Assembly: GCF_006345805.1 (NCBI RefSeq) | Contig: NC_043013.1 | Location: 32,984,001 to 33,048,000 of the forward strand | Length of the DNA stretch: 64,000 nucleotides | Reading direction: 5' to 3' | Source of the DNA: Octopus sinensis | Taxonomy: Eukaryota | Shown: one piece after another, positions 56,966 to 64,000 of the stretch | Layout of the letters: each line of letters opens with the position of its first letter | Position numbering within the stretch: position 1 is the first letter of the stretch | Program-made: the position numbers and the translations under genes | The notes under the pieces: generated by a model | What the model was told of the DNA's origin: nothing | The model's input: only the letters and a program-made list of their open reading frames with translations | Databases searched by the model: none

Positions 56966-56992
56966 TCAAGTCCATATTATTATTATTATTAT

Positions 56993-59492
<2,500 letters not shown>

Positions 59493-59744
59493 TATCAGTC
59501 ACAGAAACAATCTCACTCATACATACACCCATTCATACAAATACTCTCATGAACTAATTATAAACTTATTTAAAAGTTAATTTCTGTACAGTTTCCAGTT
59601 TACCAAATTCCATTCACAAAGTATTTGTGAACTTGTGAATATTTGTAGAAGTCGAATTTCTTCAATATGTTGAGAAGTGAATAAAACATCCACTGTCCTA
59701 CACGGAATCAAACTAATGGCATTATATTAGAATAACAATTTATT

Positions 59745-59970
59745 AAGGCGGAGAGCTGGCAGAATCGTTAGCACGCCGGGCGAAATGCTTAGAGGTGCTT
59801 CGTCTGTCTTTACCTTCTGAGTTCAAATTCCGACTAGGTCGACTTTGCCTTTCATCCTTTCGGGCTCGTTAAATTAAGTACCAGTTGCATACTGGGGTCT
59901 ATCTAATCGATTGGACACCCCCACCTCCAAACATTTCGGGCTTTGTGCCTAAAGGAGAAAAGAATAACAC
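59745..59970 (+). mobile_element. SINE family B
   Basis: aaggcggagagctggcagaatcgttagcacgccgggcgaaatgc...gagttcaaattcc. Confidence 0.85.
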
Positions 59971-60051
59971 TTTCTAACTCAGGTGCAAACGTTGGACTGT
60001 ACGGTTATTATGTACGTTATATACATAATTATTTTATTCTAAAGCTGTTTG

Positions 60052-60705
60052 AAGGTACATGCATAGATGAGTGGCAAGACGTTTGCTTCCAAACAACATG
60101 GTTCCGGGTTCAGTTTCATTGCATGGCACCTTAGTTAAGTGTCTTGTACTCTCGGGCCGACCAAAGCCTTGTGAGTTATTTGGTAGACGGAAACTGAAAG
60201 AAGTCATCATATATATATATATTTGGGGTATCCGTGTGTGTGTGTGTGTGTATAGATGTCAAAGTAGAAAATGCTAAAATAATTTTATAAAAAACATTTC
60301 AGTACCTGTTTCAGTAATTGAGACTTTTCAACTGTAAGTATGGAAATCAATTAAGGTTTGGAAGCATTAAGAAAAGTTTTTAAAAAGAATATTTGCATAG
60401 TATTCAAATACAAGGGGCGTTTTCCTTGTTTCTGCCTGTCTCTGTCTCTCTTGTCTATTCTTGTGGGTTAGAGGACGTTATAAATTCTTGGCAAAGAAGA
60501 AGAAAGAGAAGAAGAAGAAGAAGAAGGAGGAGGAGGAGGAGGAGGAGGAGGAGGAGAGGGGGAGGAGAATAATGCGGGAGTGACATGATAATAGTAGGAT
60601 GTTAAATGGTCAAGTGCCCTGAAAGTGACTTGTTGTGGATGGTAGTAGTGACTGAATTCTTGAGACATCTTTTTGGATGTATTGTTTATAATATTTGTAT
60701 AAATA

Positions 60706-60779
<74 letters not shown>

Positions 60780-61000
60780 ATGTGAGTGTGTGAATGTGTG
60801 CGTTTATGTTGTGTTTATGTCTACCCTTTGACAAACGTTCTGGCTAGTTTACGTTCCAGTCACCTAGCGGTTTGGCAATAGGCGCTGATAGAATAAATAC
60901 TAGGCTTAAATAAAAAATTAAGTCGATTCGTTCGACTAAATTTCTTGAAGGTGGTACCCAGAATGGCCGCAGTCTCCTGGCTGAAACACGTAAAAGTTAA
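60052..61000 (+). mobile_element. SINE family A split by ~570 bp of inserted sequence in its microsatellite linker
   Basis: Head 60052-60210 and tail 60810-61000 are collinear with 1185-1629. Confidence 0.7.
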
Positions 61001-62020
61001 CAGATAAATGCGCATATTTATATGTTTATAACCTTACCACGTTTCGTAAAAATCAGTGAACATTTTGTTTACTGGCTTCTATATCCAATCGAATATTTTT
61101 CAGTTTAAATCAAAATGTCAGGGGTTGTTAATCACTGACGAAACTAAACGATACCAAAACACCGTGCCTGATACTCTGGTTACGATATACTTAGCGAACG
61201 CTGCATTTTTTTAACACCCAATGTTTTATTTTAGAAGTTTTCTGAAATGTAAATATCACAGCCCGTGTCGCTTCACGTGTGTAGATACATTATGAATGTC
61301 AAAAACATCCACCATTTTAATGCAAACTCAAATACGTATGTATGTATATATATATATATATATATATACGTGTGCGTGTGTGTTTTGTGTATGTGCTTAT
61401 GAGTATGTGCTAAAGCATATACAAATTATATGCTATATATGTATATATACATACACGTAGCTATATGATTACAAACACATACACATAAACAAAAGTGTGT
61501 ATATACATTTGAGTGCATGTATATAAATGTTATTAGAAATTACCTACAGCAGATACACAGTTAATCAGTCATACATGAATATGTGTAAGTATATATTTGT
61601 GTATGTTATTTAAAATGCTCGTGTGTGTGTGAGTGTATATGTGTGTGTATGTGTGTGCATCTATGTGCCCGAGTTTCTGTGTATCCAGGTGCGAGTGCGC
61701 GTGTGAGTGTGTCTGTGTATGAATAAGAACACTTAAAAAATGTTGACGCATTAGCTGATTAATATTGTCCCTGCCAAAATATTTGTCACTGTTTGGCATT
61801 TCATGTTCAAGATTGCTTTAAACGCCTACGTGCATACACAAACACACACACACAAACACACGCACACACATACGTACACTTACACATATGTAGACCTATA
61901 AAAGCATTAGGTACAGTCACACACATACATATACACAATATACACATGTATATACATAAACATGTGTGAATATACATATATAATTATATACATATATGTA
62001 TATTTGCATATATATGTATA

Positions 62021-62065
<45 letters not shown>

Positions 62066-64000
62066 ATGTGTATACAGGTAAACTTCACCATATATACACG
62101 ATGTGACATATATATATCTATATCTATGTGTGTATATATATATATATGTGTATATATATACATTCATATATATATATATTGATATAGATATACATAAAGA
62201 TCCCCAATATAATAATTATATGTGTGTGTACGTATTTATGTATGTATGTATGTGTGTAAAGATCGAACCAAAGAAGCTAAAATTGCCAATGAAATCTGGC
62301 TAGCAAAGCGTTTCTCGTTTAACGCATCAGTGAACATCTAAAAGCTGTAATTTATTAAAAGACTCATACTGTTAAATGATCATTTTCGCATCTAAGTGCT
62401 TAAAAAAAATACAGAAAATTGAGTGTGCTCTGCATATTGAGCATAAGTATCTGTCACCACTCAACTCTATCATATAGGATAAGAAGAAAAATAAAATATG
62501 TAAGTAGAAGTAGAGCCAATCGTTCGATTGTTTCTTGCACCTAATCACCACGTAACACACCTGAAACTATGGCTTCGTTAAGAAAATGAAAAAAATTAAA
62601 ATCAAACAAGACTAGTTGAACGGTACAAAACAGACAATATACTGAACGAAGGAGCTGCCGTGTAATTGTACAAAATGCTTGATAGAAATAAGAGTTAAAG
62701 CTATCTCGCATCACATACAACTGTCTTCACAAAAATTGGATGTTGGCAAATTTGTTTCTGAGACACTTTCTGAGAAGAAGAATCAAAGCGGAATGGTCAA
62801 GAATAGATGATGATTTTTGTATGTATAGTCTGACATGTGGTTAAACAATAATGACAACAAGAACTTTAGGTGGTATCTGTATGCGGCTGTATCAGCTAGG
62901 TAGAAATCAAAGCTAAATTTCCTTTTAATAAAATGTGGGACGGGTTCTTTGACCATACTTTTACGTAAAGTCTTTGCCCAATAGTTCAATCCTAGAACGT
63001 CTTTGTTCTTTGATCATAACATCTCCTATCAGAGATGAAGGAAAGCAATAGCTAGAAGAACGACAACAAAAACAACAACGACGATAACGAGGACAAGAAC
63101 AACATGTTAGACAAACCATTTCTCGATGAGGAATAAATTGGCTTTTGTATGATACTATTCTCCTTAACATAAATCAGTACATTGTAATGATTGTCCAAAC
63201 CTAAAACCTAAATTTAATAACGAGAGGTGAGCTGGAATTAACAATCAAGTCCATTTCATATTACACCCTGGACTGACTTCCGTTGACAAGTCTGTGATAT
63301 CATATAAAATATGATATCATATAAAATCTGATATCGTATAAAATGATAAAGATACGGCATGCACATTAGTAGCACCAATTCTCTAAAGCTACTAAGCTTG
63401 TTAAGTATAGCAACCGATTAGTTGCTTGTGTGTCTGGGATTGGTTAAGTTGCTGTAAACACCTCTGATGAGAATAAAATGAGGGACGAAATCGTATAAGG
63501 CCGTTCATCATTTTTCCAATATGCGGAAAAAAATTTAATTTGCCCTGTTCATATATTTACTCCATAGGTTATATATCCATATATATTTCAGAGAGAACAC
63601 CTTTGATTGTACATCAACCAAGAGATAAACAACAGTGGTTTCTGAGGGTGGGGATTTAGTGGAATCCATTGACTCCAGCACATGGCTGGTATTTTATTTT
63701 ATTAAACACAGAGTTTAATAAAAATTTTTCCTCTGATAATGTAAGGACGCGGACGAAGCTCCAAAGCCTCCGCCTGCTTTCCATCTTACAGCCAAAGAAT
63801 AGTAACAATCGCGACAGGATCTGAGCCCAAGTTACAATTCTCGCTAAGATTTACATTTTTTCAGATAAGGATTTAATTTTCATAGAATTTATTTTGCAAG
63901 AATTTTGCTGCGAAATAATTCGTTGGCACGGATATTATTATGTCTTACAATGAGCAATTTTCCCATAAACACACGCAATATTTGTAGTATTGCTAAGTAA

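Overview
AT-rich, microsatellite-saturated animal genomic DNA, one 100-N gap at 2094-2193. The repeat families resemble those of an octopus/cephalopod genome (inference from recalled repeat sequences, not a search). No host protein-coding gene can be supported; nearly all ORFs in the track are microsatellite artefacts. Content is mobile DNA: several tRNA-derived SINE families, decayed DD37D and DD34D Tc1/mariner elements, RTE- and CR1/L2-like LINE 3' ends, R4/Dong-like REL-endonuclease fragments sitting in (TAA)n tracts, and two different Penelope-like elements (PLEs). The most striking structure is a 5.2-kb Naiad-like PLE (19042-24255). It has a 5'-truncated RT plus GIY-YIG region flanked by ~1.56-kb inverted arms, each carrying a type I hammerhead ribozyme motif. 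Immediately to its right is a ~520-bp degenerate ~30-bp tandem array dense in TTC-N3-GAA (STAT/GAS-like) and GGAACTTTCC (kB-like) motifs. Coordinates of decayed repeats are approximate, and all translations were done by eye.
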